In this document: positions 55,818 through 64,000 of the stretch, piece after piece
Position numbering within the stretch: position 1 is the stretch's first letter
Layout: each line of letters begins with the position of its first letter
DNA from: an uncultured archaeon
GTDB taxonomy: Archaea > Aenigmatarchaeota > Aenigmatarchaeia > QMZP01 > JACQNV01
Direction of reading: 5' to 3'
Assembly: GCA_964410585.1 (NCBI GenBank)
Contig: CAYPFW010000001.1
Location: 480,001 to 544,000 of the forward strand
Length of the DNA stretch: 64,000 nt
Translations under genes and position numbers: made by a program
The notes under the pieces: model-generated
The model's input: only the letters and a program-made list of their open reading frames with translations
The model's database searches: none
Told to the model about the DNA's origin: nothing

Positions 55818-57329
55818 ATGTACGTTCAGCATCATCTCATAAAAAAAGATTCTATAGAATCCAGAAGATATCAAGAAGCAATCCTGTCAACTTGTTTGAA
55901 TTCAAACACACTTGTTGTCCTACCAACTGGTTTGGGAAAAACACCAATTGCAGTTTTGCTCGCGGCGCACAGATTGGAAAAATTTCCAGAATCTAAAATA
56001 CTTGTTTTAGCTCCAACTAAACCATTGGCGAACCAACACTTGAAATCTTTTAAAAACTTTTTTGAGCTTCCTGAAGAAAAATTCGAAGTGATAACAGGCG
56101 AAATGAAACCAGAGAAGAGAGGCCAAATTTACAAACAAAAAGTTTTGCTCTTTGCTACACCTCAAACTATTAGGAACGATTTAGAAAATGGAACGTTGAA
56201 CCTAAAGGACTTCTCACTTCTTGTTGTAGATGAGATCCATCACTCTGTTGGTGGATATGCATATCCTTTTGTCGCCCAAAAATATTTAGAAGAGGCTGAA
56301 AACAAAAGGATTTTGGGTTTGACAGCATCTCCAGGGGGAACAAGGGAAAAAATAAAAGAAATTTGCAAAAACACTGGAATAGAAAAAGTGGAGATTCGCA
56401 CAGAAAATTCAGAGGATGTCCTCCCATACATCAAAGAAAAAACAGTTGAGTGGCTGAAAGTCGACCTTCCAGAATCCTTCCAAAGTTTGAGGGATATAAT
56501 CAACAAAACCTACAAAAGTAAAGTTGATGGTTTGAGAAAAATGCACCTTGTATATGGTAGGACAATATCCAAGAAACAACTTCTAGCAGCACAAATGGAA
56601 TTAGTAAAGTCAATGAAAGCAGGCAACCAAGGCGCTATAATTTCAATGTCAATTGTTGGGCAAGCTATTCGTTTAGAGCATGCTCTAACGCTTTTGGAGA
56701 CGCAAGGAATTTCTATTTTAGACAAATATTGGGAGAAACTTAGATTAGAGAAAAAGGCTGGCAGGCTTTTGGAGATGAAAGACGTTTCTAATGCAGTTTA
56801 TTTGACTCGACAATTGAAAGAAAGAGGTTACAGGCATCCAAAAATGGGCAAGATCTGTTCAATTGTTGATCAGCAATTGAAAGCAAATCCAGATTCTAAA
56901 GTAATTATTTTCGCAAACTACAGGGAAACTGTAAAAGAGATTGTTGATGTTTTGAAAAATGTTGAAGGCGCGAAGCCTGTCCAATTGGTTGGACAAAAAG
57001 AAGGGCTAACACAGAAAGAGCAAACAGAAGTTTTGCGCAATTTCAGCGAAGGTGTCTACAATGTTTTGATTGGAACCAGCATCAGTGAAGAGGGGATCCA
57101 CGTATCTGGTGCTGATCTTGCTATATTCTACGAAGCTGTGCCAAGTGAGATCAGAAACATCCAAAGAAGGGGAAGAGTTGGAAGGACAAATGTGAGCAAA
57201 ATTATTATTCTAATTACAAGAAATTCCCGCGACGAGGCATACTACTGGTCTTCGCAGAAAAAAGAAAAAGCAATGAAAGGAATTTTGCACGGCATGAAAG
57301 AGGAGACTACGTTGGGTGATTTTAAGTGA
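55818..57329 (+). CDS. Hef/FANCM-like DExH helicase (no ERCC4 domain)
   Basis: R.YQ, NTLVVLPTGLGKT, DEIHH, GLTASPG, IQRRGRVGR, DEAYYW. Confidence 0.92.
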   Translation: MYVQHHLIKKDSIESRRYQEAILSTCLNSNTLVVLPTGLGKTPIAVLLAAHRLEKFPESKILVLAPTKPLANQHLKSFKNFFELPEEKFEVITGEMKPEKRGQIYKQKVLLFATPQTIRNDLENGTLNLKDFSLLVVDEIHHSVGGYAYPFVAQKYLEEAENKRILGLTASPGGTREKIKEICKNTGIEKVEIRTENSEDVLPYIKEKTVEWLKVDLPESFQSLRDIINKTYKSKVDGLRKMHLVYGRTISKKQLLAAQMELVKSMKAGNQGAIISMSIVGQAIRLEHALTLLETQGISILDKYWEKLRLEKKAGRLLEMKDVSNAVYLTRQLKERGYRHPKMGKICSIVDQQLKANPDSKVIIFANYRETVKEIVDVLKNVEGAKPVQLVGQKEGLTQKEQTEVLRNFSEGVYNVLIGTSISEEGIHVSGADLAIFYEAVPSEIRNIQRRGRVGRTNVSKIIILITRNSRDEAYYWSSQKKEKAMKGILHGMKEETTLGDFK

Positions 57330-57330
57330 T

Positions 57331-57813
57331 ATGCATCTAATTCTCAAAAAATCAACAAACACCAAAGGCGTTTTTGCCAACAAACATTTTGACAAAGGCA
57401 AAAAAATAATAGAGTTCAAAGGCAAACTTTTTACCTACAAGAAGCTTCCATATCCATACAACAAAGTTGAAGACCATTATGTCCAAATTAGCAAAAACCT
57501 GTACATGGGTCCGTCAAAGGGTTTGGATGATTTTATCAACCACTCGTGCAATCCAAACTCTGGTTTGAAAATCAGCGGAAAGAAAGCTGTATTGATTGCA
57601 ATTAAAGATATCAAAAGTGGTGAGGAAATTTGCTGGGACTATTCAACAACAATGAACGAGGATGATTGGGAAATGGATTGCAAGTGTGGATCAAAAAACT
57701 GTAGGAAAATAATAAGGGACTTCAAACATTTGCCGAAATTACTGCAGAAAAAATACACCAAACTTGGAATTGTTCCAAAGTATAATATTAGTTTTGTTTA
57801 TCAATTACAATAA
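57331..57813 (+). CDS. SET-domain protein-lysine methyltransferase
   Basis: KGVFA, FINHSCNPN, GEEI.WDY, post-SET CKCGSKNCR. Confidence 0.92.
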   Translation: MHLILKKSTNTKGVFANKHFDKGKKIIEFKGKLFTYKKLPYPYNKVEDHYVQISKNLYMGPSKGLDDFINHSCNPNSGLKISGKKAVLIAIKDIKSGEEICWDYSTTMNEDDWEMDCKCGSKNCRKIIRDFKHLPKLLQKKYTKLGIVPKYNISFVYQLQ

Positions 57814-58408
57814 CTTCCCCATCTTTTAGTGTTTTGAATTTTATTTTCTTTTTCTTGTAATATTCAACAACTTTGTCCATGTCTGCTGATTCTGGATGAT
57901 CTGACTTGTAATGGGGTACTATCATATAATCTATAATTCCTAAACCCTTCCAAATTGTTTTCTGCATGTACGGATTTTGAGATGGGTCATCTACTAATTC
58001 AAGGCCTTTGAAATTTGGTTCTAGAACACACATGCCTGCACTGTAACCCCCATACAACATATCTGTCTTTTTCAAATCTTCCAGAATTTTATCAAAACCG
58101 CTAAGCTTCATAGCTTGCCTCAGGACAAATGTATTACCTCCTCTAACCCAAATAACTCCAAACTCTTTGATTTTATTTTCCAAGTCTTTCTTTTTTCCAA
58201 AATATTTTCTAAGATCTAGGATTTCAGGTTTTAATCCAACAGATTTCAGATCCATAATGTCCAACTTTTCTCTTCTCCGTCTTCTTTTCGAATCATTTGA
58301 AAAATCAACTGCGTTTGCTATGTACGCTGTCTTTTTGTTTTTTGGAAATAGTTTTTTCAGCTTCCTAACTTCATTACCAAGACCCTGAGAAGATAAATAA
58401 AATTTCAT
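57788..58408 (-). CDS. Peptidase E (S51) family protein
   Basis: VRGGNTFVL, YGGYSAG, IVPHY. Confidence 0.9.
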   Translation of the reverse strand: MKFYLSSQGLGNEVRKLKKLFPKNKKTAYIANAVDFSNDSKRRRRREKLDIMDLKSVGLKPEILDLRKYFGKKKDLENKIKEFGVIWVRGGNTFVLRQAMKLSGFDKILEDLKKTDMLYGGYSAGMCVLEPNFKGLELVDDPSQNPYMQKTIWKGLGIIDYMIVPHYKSDHPESADMDKVVEYYKKKKIKFKTLKDGEVIVIDKQN

Positions 58409-58409
58409 A

Positions 58410-59186
58410 TCAATACTTCGTAATCGTCCCGTTTGTATATCCTTTCTTCAGGCCTCTGTTAAACAAGAAGCAGCCAATTGCAAAATAAACCAAAGCTGTT
58501 CCAACACCTGCTACAAATTCTATTAGTTCTGTTCCAGTTCCTGTCAAAGCTGATCTCATTGAATTAATTGCATGTGTTGATGGAAGAGCATATGCTATAT
58601 CTGATATTGGATGAGGCAAAACACTGACAGGATAATAAACCCCAGAAAAAATCATAACTATTCCAGTGAGCATCCAAACAAGCGATAGATATTTTTCACC
58701 ATAAGCTAACATGAGCGCATCAATCATCAAGCCAATTGAAACTGCAAAAATAAAAACAGTCAATAGGTTAGCTAAGTATGGTCCTGCTGCAAAAATGTTG
58801 AACCCAAAAATCAAAAATCCTACAAAACCAACTAGCACAAATGCGATTGTCGAGCTATACAGGCCAAACATTGAGTTTCCAGCTACGAAATGTTTTACTG
58901 CAGATTTTCCAGAAAACCCATGCTTCAAACATGTGTTCCAAATATCCATGGTCACTGCATAGGTGATTGCTCTCTGAGACAAGTCATAAAAATTCCACAT
59001 AATTACACCAACAAAAACAAAAAGCATCGAGTCTATTGGAGCGCCTTTTTGGATTATGAAAAAAACCAATAAACCGATAGACAGAAGGCCTATAAACGGG
59101 TGCAAGAATATCCAGGCTAAATCTGCTGGCCTTCTCTTCATTATCACTTTGTGTTTGTAAAAGTGTGCTGATATTTCCTCTAACAT
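58410..59186 (-). CDS. ABC-2 type transporter permease
   Basis: Six TMs, FSGVYYPVSVLP......LP.THAI. Confidence 0.9.
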   Translation of the reverse strand: MLEEISAHFYKHKVIMKRRPADLAWIFLHPFIGLLSIGLLVFFIIQKGAPIDSMLFVFVGVIMWNFYDLSQRAITYAVTMDIWNTCLKHGFSGKSAVKHFVAGNSMFGLYSSTIAFVLVGFVGFLIFGFNIFAAGPYLANLLTVFIFAVSIGLMIDALMLAYGEKYLSLVWMLTGIVMIFSGVYYPVSVLPHPISDIAYALPSTHAINSMRSALTGTGTELIEFVAGVGTALVYFAIGCFLFNRGLKKGYTNGTITKY

Positions 59187-59201
59187 ATAACTCTTTTCTC
59201 A

Positions 59202-59337
59202 ATCAACATCTCACGTAGTGCATTGGATGATGAGATGTCTCGTGTCACAATATAATCAAGAGACACTAAAGGGGTTAATCGAAAACAGGAGGCTAAATTT
59301 TCTTCATCTTCGGATTCGAAAATTTTTGCGCCTTCCA
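59202..59337. repeat. Composite repeat B then A between the ABC genes
   Basis: CATCTC...GATGATGAGATGTCTCGTG...GAGACAC; GGAGGC...GCCTTCCA. Confidence 0.75.
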
Positions 59338-59366
59338 CAATCTCCATTTAACCCTTTACAACAAAG

Positions 59367-60308
59367 CTATTTGACCTCCCCCGATCCAACAATTTTCAAA
59401 AACATTTCTTCTAGACTTGCCTTTCTTATTTCAATGTCTAAAACTTTAATACCCTGCTTTTTGAAAAACGCTTCTAATTTGTTAGCTAAGCGCAAGCCGT
59501 CTTCTGCTTCTATGTACAAACCATCCAAAACCTTGTATGACAAAACACCTTCCATCTTTTTCAAAAAGTTGAGATTCTTGTACTCTGAAAGATACAAATG
59601 AACAATGTCTGGAAATTTCATCTTCTTCCTTATTTCAGGTATTGTTCCTTCCTCAACTATTTTTCCTTGGTCTATGATAGCTATCCTATTACACATTTCC
59701 TCAACTTCATTCAAATGATGGGAGGTTAGTATCACTGTCATCTTGTTTTCCTTTACTTTTTTAATGATGAATTTCCTGACATCTATTGCAACTTCAACAT
59801 CCAAACCAGTTGTAGGCTCATCTAGGAAAAGAATCTCCGGTTTGTTTATCAGGGCCTTTGCAACTGCTATTTTTTGTCTCATTCCTGTTGACAAATCGCT
59901 GAACATTTTATTTTCAAATGGCTTCATGTTCAAGTCTTCTATAAGCTGCATTATTGTCTCGCGCCTTTCCTGTTTCTTGATCCCATAAAGCTTTCCATAA
60001 TATTCTAATATCTCAAAAGTCTTCATTGTCCAATAAAAGAAGGACCCACCCATGCAAAGGCCCATTTTATTTCTTATTTGTTTTTTCTCCTTCACAACAT
60101 CATATCCAAGGATTGTGGCCTTTCCAGAAGTCGGCAAAAGCATTGTTGAAAGGATAAAAATGGTTGTTGATTTTCCAGCACCATTTGGACCGAGCAAACC
60201 AAACACTTCACCCTTCTTTATTTTCAGGTCTATCCCTTTCAGTGCATGTGTTATTTCCTTCCCTTCTTTGAAAGTTTTTTTCAGGTTTTGGGTTTCGATA
60301 GCATACAT
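59367..60308 (-). CDS. ABC transporter ATP-binding protein (DrrA-like)
   Basis: GPNGAGKST, LSTGMRQK, LFLDEPTTGLD; start MYAIET. Confidence 0.93.
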   Translation of the reverse strand: MYAIETQNLKKTFKEGKEITHALKGIDLKIKKGEVFGLLGPNGAGKSTTIFILSTMLLPTSGKATILGYDVVKEKKQIRNKMGLCMGGSFFYWTMKTFEILEYYGKLYGIKKQERRETIMQLIEDLNMKPFENKMFSDLSTGMRQKIAVAKALINKPEILFLDEPTTGLDVEVAIDVRKFIIKKVKENKMTVILTSHHLNEVEEMCNRIAIIDQGKIVEEGTIPEIRKKMKFPDIVHLYLSEYKNLNFLKKMEGVLSYKVLDGLYIEAEDGLRLANKLEAFFKKQGIKVLDIEIRKASLEEMFLKIVGSGEVK

Positions 60309-60340
60309 ACTGTTATATAGGAAAAACACGAATATTAATA

Positions 60341-61147
60341 ATGAAATATCTTTCGATTTTCCTAATTTTGATTTTGGCAGTTTCTGTGCAGGCTGCTTCT
60401 GAGCTTCCAAAACCTGAACCAAATACAAGGGTTTATGATTTTGGAGGAATTTTACAAAACAGCCTTGAATTGAATCAAGAGCTTTTGGCATATGAAAAAC
60501 AGACAACAGTAGAAATAGCCATAGTTACAGTTGAAAACATACCAACAGACTACACAATAGAGAGTTATGCGTTGGGGATTTTGGAAACTTGGGGAGTTGG
60601 TAAAAAAAGTGAGGATAATGGAATAGTTGTTTTAATCAACAAGGAAAGCTCGCCTGGGAGCAGGCTGAGGATAGAAACAGGATATGGAATTGAAGGTTAT
60701 ATTCCAGATGCAAAGGCTGGAAGAATTTTGGACAGAGCCCTTCCCTCATACACTTCTGGAAACTACTCTGAGGCAGCAAGAATAATTTTGGATGGACTAA
60801 AAGATGCTTTGAAAGATTATCAGCCGGGAAAACAGCCAGAACCAGATTACACAGAAGCACTGATTGAATTTCTTGCAAATTTTGGCATATTCCTGTTTTT
60901 CATTTTGATTTTTGTTGTAGTTGGTTTTTTCGGTAGGCCAAAGTGTCCACAGTGCAAATCTAAAAAACTTAAAAGCGATGGCGACTTCTATGTCTGCAAA
61001 AAATGCGGAAAAAGGTTCAAGAAACCAAAAGATAGGAGAGATGGAGCATTTGTTTATGTTGGTGGCGGCTCTGGTGGTTTTGGTGGAGGAGGCGGGGGAT
61101 TTGGCGGCGGTGGAGGTGGAGGCGGTGGTGCAAGCAGGATTTTATGA
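60341..61147 (+). CDS. TPM-domain protein with Zn-ribbon and Gly-rich tail
   Basis: WGVGKK..DNG, RIETGYG.EG.IPDA, CPQC/CKKC, GFGGG..GGGGA. Confidence 0.9.
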   Translation: MKYLSIFLILILAVSVQAASELPKPEPNTRVYDFGGILQNSLELNQELLAYEKQTTVEIAIVTVENIPTDYTIESYALGILETWGVGKKSEDNGIVVLINKESSPGSRLRIETGYGIEGYIPDAKAGRILDRALPSYTSGNYSEAARIILDGLKDALKDYQPGKQPEPDYTEALIEFLANFGIFLFFILIFVVVGFFGRPKCPQCKSKKLKSDGDFYVCKKCGKRFKKPKDRRDGAFVYVGGGSGGFGGGGGGFGGGGGGGGGASRIL

Positions 61148-61635
61148 TGAGAAGAACCACAGTGAGATCTCGGCTGATTTGTCTTTGTATAGCATTTATC
61201 TTAATTGCTTTTGCATCAAAATCCCTGGCTGTAATATTGCCTATTGGCTTGATTTTGCTTATTATTGGTATATTTGATGTAGTGCGAGCAAAAACATTGA
61301 AATCTTTGAGTGAAAAGTCCCGAGAAAAAATGGAAACGAAATTATTAATATGCTCCTCAATTATTGTTAGCTTGGTTTGTTTTTCTCTTATTGCCTTTTA
61401 TGGTTCCCTAAAAGACGCAGTTGGATTAGTTCTCATTGTCGGAATAGTAACTGGACTAAAAGCTGGCTACAGACACATAAATGCATGGTATATGACAGCT
61501 GGTATTTTTATTTTTCTTAGCATCGCCATGATATTGTCAAACCAATATCCAGTGGTATATATTGGGATTGGTGTTTTAGCGATAATATTTTTGATCCAGA
61601 TTTATTTTGTAATCAAAAACAGGTTTTATAAATAG
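61144..61635 (+). CDS. Membrane protein
   Basis: Multiple hydrophobic segments. Confidence 0.6.
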   Translation: MMRRTTVRSRLICLCIAFILIAFASKSLAVILPIGLILLIIGIFDVVRAKTLKSLSEKSREKMETKLLICSSIIVSLVCFSLIAFYGSLKDAVGLVLIVGIVTGLKAGYRHINAWYMTAGIFIFLSIAMILSNQYPVVYIGIGVLAIIFLIQIYFVIKNRFYK

Positions 61636-61653
61636 GGAGTTCCTAGTAATAAT

Positions 61654-62238
61654 ATGTTAAGTAAAAAATTGATCGCAGTTGGCGCTGTAGTTGTCATACT
61701 TCTTATCATAGCTGGAATAATCTGGGGATCTTACAACAGCCTTATTTCAAAAGACGAAGCTGTAACAAAAGGTTGGGGAGATGTCCAAGTCCAATACCAG
61801 AGAAGAGTTGACCTTATACCAAATTTAGTCAATGTTGTTGAGAGCTATGCTGGTTTTGAAAAGAGCTTGATCACAGACGTTACAAGACTAAGGACAGACT
61901 GGCAAAGGGAGGCGCAGAATCCTGATCTAGAAGCTCGTGTAGATGCAGCAAACAAACTAGAAGGCGCTCTAAGGAAGCTTATTTTCACATCTGAAAACTA
62001 TCCTGATTTGAAATCAAGCGAGCAGTTCACTGGTTTGAGAGACGAGCTTGCTGGAACAGAAAACAGGGTTGCAGTTTCAAGGGAAAGATACAATGACGCT
62101 GTCAGGGAATACAATGTAGTTGTGAGATCATTCCCATCAAATGTAATCGCAGGATGGTTTGGTTTCAAGACAAAAACACCTTTTGAGGCTCTTACACCTG
62201 GCGCAGAAAACGCACCTAAAGTGGACCTAAATGTTTAG
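61654..62238 (+). CDS. lemA: LemA family protein
   Basis: YNSL, YQRR.DLIPNLV, ENYPDLK, ELAGTENR, YN..VR.FPSN. Confidence 0.95.
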   Translation: MLSKKLIAVGAVVVILLIIAGIIWGSYNSLISKDEAVTKGWGDVQVQYQRRVDLIPNLVNVVESYAGFEKSLITDVTRLRTDWQREAQNPDLEARVDAANKLEGALRKLIFTSENYPDLKSSEQFTGLRDELAGTENRVAVSRERYNDAVREYNVVVRSFPSNVIAGWFGFKTKTPFEALTPGAENAPKVDLNV

Positions 62239-62269
62239 TGATTTTTAAGTTTTGCTTCTAATTCTACTG

Positions 62270-62866
62270 ATGCAATATAGACTTTTTATACAGAAACCTA
62301 GACTAACAGTAGAAGAAGTTAAAACTATTTGTAGCGGTCTGGATCCATATCCTGTAAGAAATATTGATGGCGACCCAATAAGCAGTAGAGGTTCCAGATT
62401 AGGTATTTTTGGTTGTAAACCAACTCCGTTTAGGCAAGATGATGTAAGAGAATGTCTAGTTATAGATATTGAAACTCATACATGTGGTCAGCCATATATT
62501 ATAAGCCCAGAAGGACCTTTAAGGTATGCACAAGATTATAGATCTATTAATCCGCTCAGCACATTAGTGGAATTTGAATATAGGCACATAGTAGTTGTGC
62601 AATTTGATGATTTGTTAAAGGATAAAAGTAGACTAGGTGCTTTTGTAAGAGGCTTGAAGGGAGCGGGACGTGGAAAGCTTTTGAAAGCCAAGTATCCATT
62701 TGAATCTGGAGACGGCAACGTAGAATCTGAAATGATTGTTTTACAAAATGACTTTACACTTCCAGAAAGGTTAGCTAGAACAACTGAATTGTTAACAGCT
62801 AGACTCCGAGAGCTTTATGGAGACAAATTTGCCCTTTCAGAAGAATTTGAGTTTTTAAGAATATAG
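62270..62866 (+). CDS. Hypothetical protein
   Basis: ORF flanked by 25-bp direct repeats. Confidence 0.65.
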   Translation: MQYRLFIQKPRLTVEEVKTICSGLDPYPVRNIDGDPISSRGSRLGIFGCKPTPFRQDDVRECLVIDIETHTCGQPYIISPEGPLRYAQDYRSINPLSTLVEFEYRHIVVVQFDDLLKDKSRLGAFVRGLKGAGRGKLLKAKYPFESGDGNVESEMIVLQNDFTLPERLARTTELLTARLRELYGDKFALSEEFEFLRI

Positions 62867-62915
62867 AATGGATACACATAAAATGATTTTTAAGTTTTGC
62901 TTCTAATTTTGTATA

Positions 62916-63599
62916 ATGCTAACTAAAGAACAGATTGAGGAAATAGATAGTATACAAAAAAAGATGCAGAAGGATTTTAGGCTTGTTCCACCTTCTGGAA
63001 AAATAGTTGAGTACCTTGGAAAAGAGTTTATTCTTTACAAAAATGTTTTCTGGCCATTTGAAGATAGCAAACCCTTAATAGTTGAGAACTTTAAAATCGC
63101 TAGAAGCGAATCTGTTCTAGATGTTGGAACAGGATCTGGCGTCATTGCTATTTTTGCTGCTTATAACGGAGCTGAGAGGGTTGTTGCACTAGATATAAAC
63201 CCAGAAGCTGTAAGATGTGCAAAGGAAAATTCCAAAAAGCATGGATTTGAAAAAATAATTGAAGTAAGGCTATCTGATGTTTTTGAATCTGTAAAACCAG
63301 ATGAAAAGTTTGATGTTGTAACTGCAAACCTTCCCTTTAGAAATAAAAAAGCCTCAGATTTTGTAGAGGCTAGCCAATGGGACACTGACTTCCAAACACA
63401 CAAAAAATTTTTTTCAGGTGTTGACAGAATCCTAAAACCAAAGGGGAGGATATACATGTCTCAATCAAATTTTGGAGATGTAGATGAAATGAAAAGGCTG
63501 GCACATGATGCTGGTTTTAGTGTGAGTCCTATTGGGGAAAATAAATTTCAAAACGATCCAAGGATATTTTATGCCTTTGAGATGAAAAGAGTTTTATAA
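62916..63599 (+). CDS. HemK/PrmC-related SAM-dependent methyltransferase
   Basis: VF.P..DS, VLDVGTGSG, DINP.AV, FDVV.AN.PF. Confidence 0.85.
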   Translation: MLTKEQIEEIDSIQKKMQKDFRLVPPSGKIVEYLGKEFILYKNVFWPFEDSKPLIVENFKIARSESVLDVGTGSGVIAIFAAYNGAERVVALDINPEAVRCAKENSKKHGFEKIIEVRLSDVFESVKPDEKFDVVTANLPFRNKKASDFVEASQWDTDFQTHKKFFSGVDRILKPKGRIYMSQSNFGDVDEMKRLAHDAGFSVSPIGENKFQNDPRIFYAFEMKRVL

Positions 63600-63620
63600 A
63601 ATCTATATCTAATTCTACAA

Positions 63621-64000
63621 ATGAAATTCAGAAATTTTGGAAAAACAGAAATTAAAGTTTCAGAAGTTGGTTTAGGTTGCTGGGCAATTGGTGGAAACCA
63701 ATTTGGAAACAGCTATGGATCAACAGATGATGTTGTCTCAATAAAAACAATAAAGAAGGCTTTGGAACTTGGATGCAATTTCTTTGATACAGCAGATGTA
63801 TACGGACACGGCCACTCAGAAGAGCTTTTAGGCCTTGCTCTAAACAAGGTAAGGGGACAGGTTTTTCTTGCAACAAAAGTTGGCGGGGCATACATGTATG
63901 GCGGAGATTGGGGTGGAATGAATTTTTCAGAAGAATATATCAGGTTTGCCTTGGATAAAAGTTTGCAAAGGTTGAAAACATCTTATTTGGATCTGTACCA
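63621..64000 (+). CDS. Aldo/keto reductase, partial
   Basis: MKFRNFGKT..KVSEVGLGCW, FFDTADVYG.G.SE, ATKVG, SL.RL.T.YLDLY. Confidence 0.93.
   Translation, partial: MKFRNFGKTEIKVSEVGLGCWAIGGNQFGNSYGSTDDVVSIKTIKKALELGCNFFDTADVYGHGHSEELLGLALNKVRGQVFLATKVGGAYMYGGDWGGMNFSEEYIRFALDKSLQRLKTSYLDLY

Noticed and set aside
55818-57329. Hef helicase lacking the nuclease domain as a novelty
   Set aside because: Helicase-only Hef forms are already known in archaea
60309-60506. N-terminal extension of the ABC ATPase in the ORF track
   Set aside because: Overlaps the TPM gene on the opposite strand; the family-typical start is MYAIET at 60308

Overview
AT-rich archaeal chromosomal window, inferred to be DPANN (possibly Aenigmarchaeota-like). 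Markers are ABCE1, Orc1/Cdc6, Dph5, RadB, Hef helicase, archaeal AspRS, ATP-dependent ligase, TrmB regulators and BHB-intron tRNAs. The main finding is at 8.9-14.8 kb: an integron-like but non-IntI gene-cassette array. Six single-gene cassettes (about 395-590 bp) are separated by seven dif/Xer-like sites (11-bp arm ending TAA, 5-6 bp spacer, arm starting TTA). Each cassette has its own co-varying inverted repeats that enclose the gene, plus two small hairpins and an internal TATA box. The array lies next to a Xer-like tyrosine recombinase, two stand-alone integrase N-terminal (SAM-like) domain proteins, two toxin-antitoxin pairs and a structured leader. Also present: four families of short palindromic intergenic repeats that nest inside each other and often abut start codons; three tRNAs with five introns, three at non-canonical positions, and a Trp intron with a C/D-type guide for C34; a type IV pilus-like/HerA membrane locus; a PanD homologue lacking catalytic residues; a beta-barrel-like secreted protein; and a repeated TATAACAnTGTTATA operator-like palindrome. 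All calls come from reading the sequence by eye; no database searches were run.
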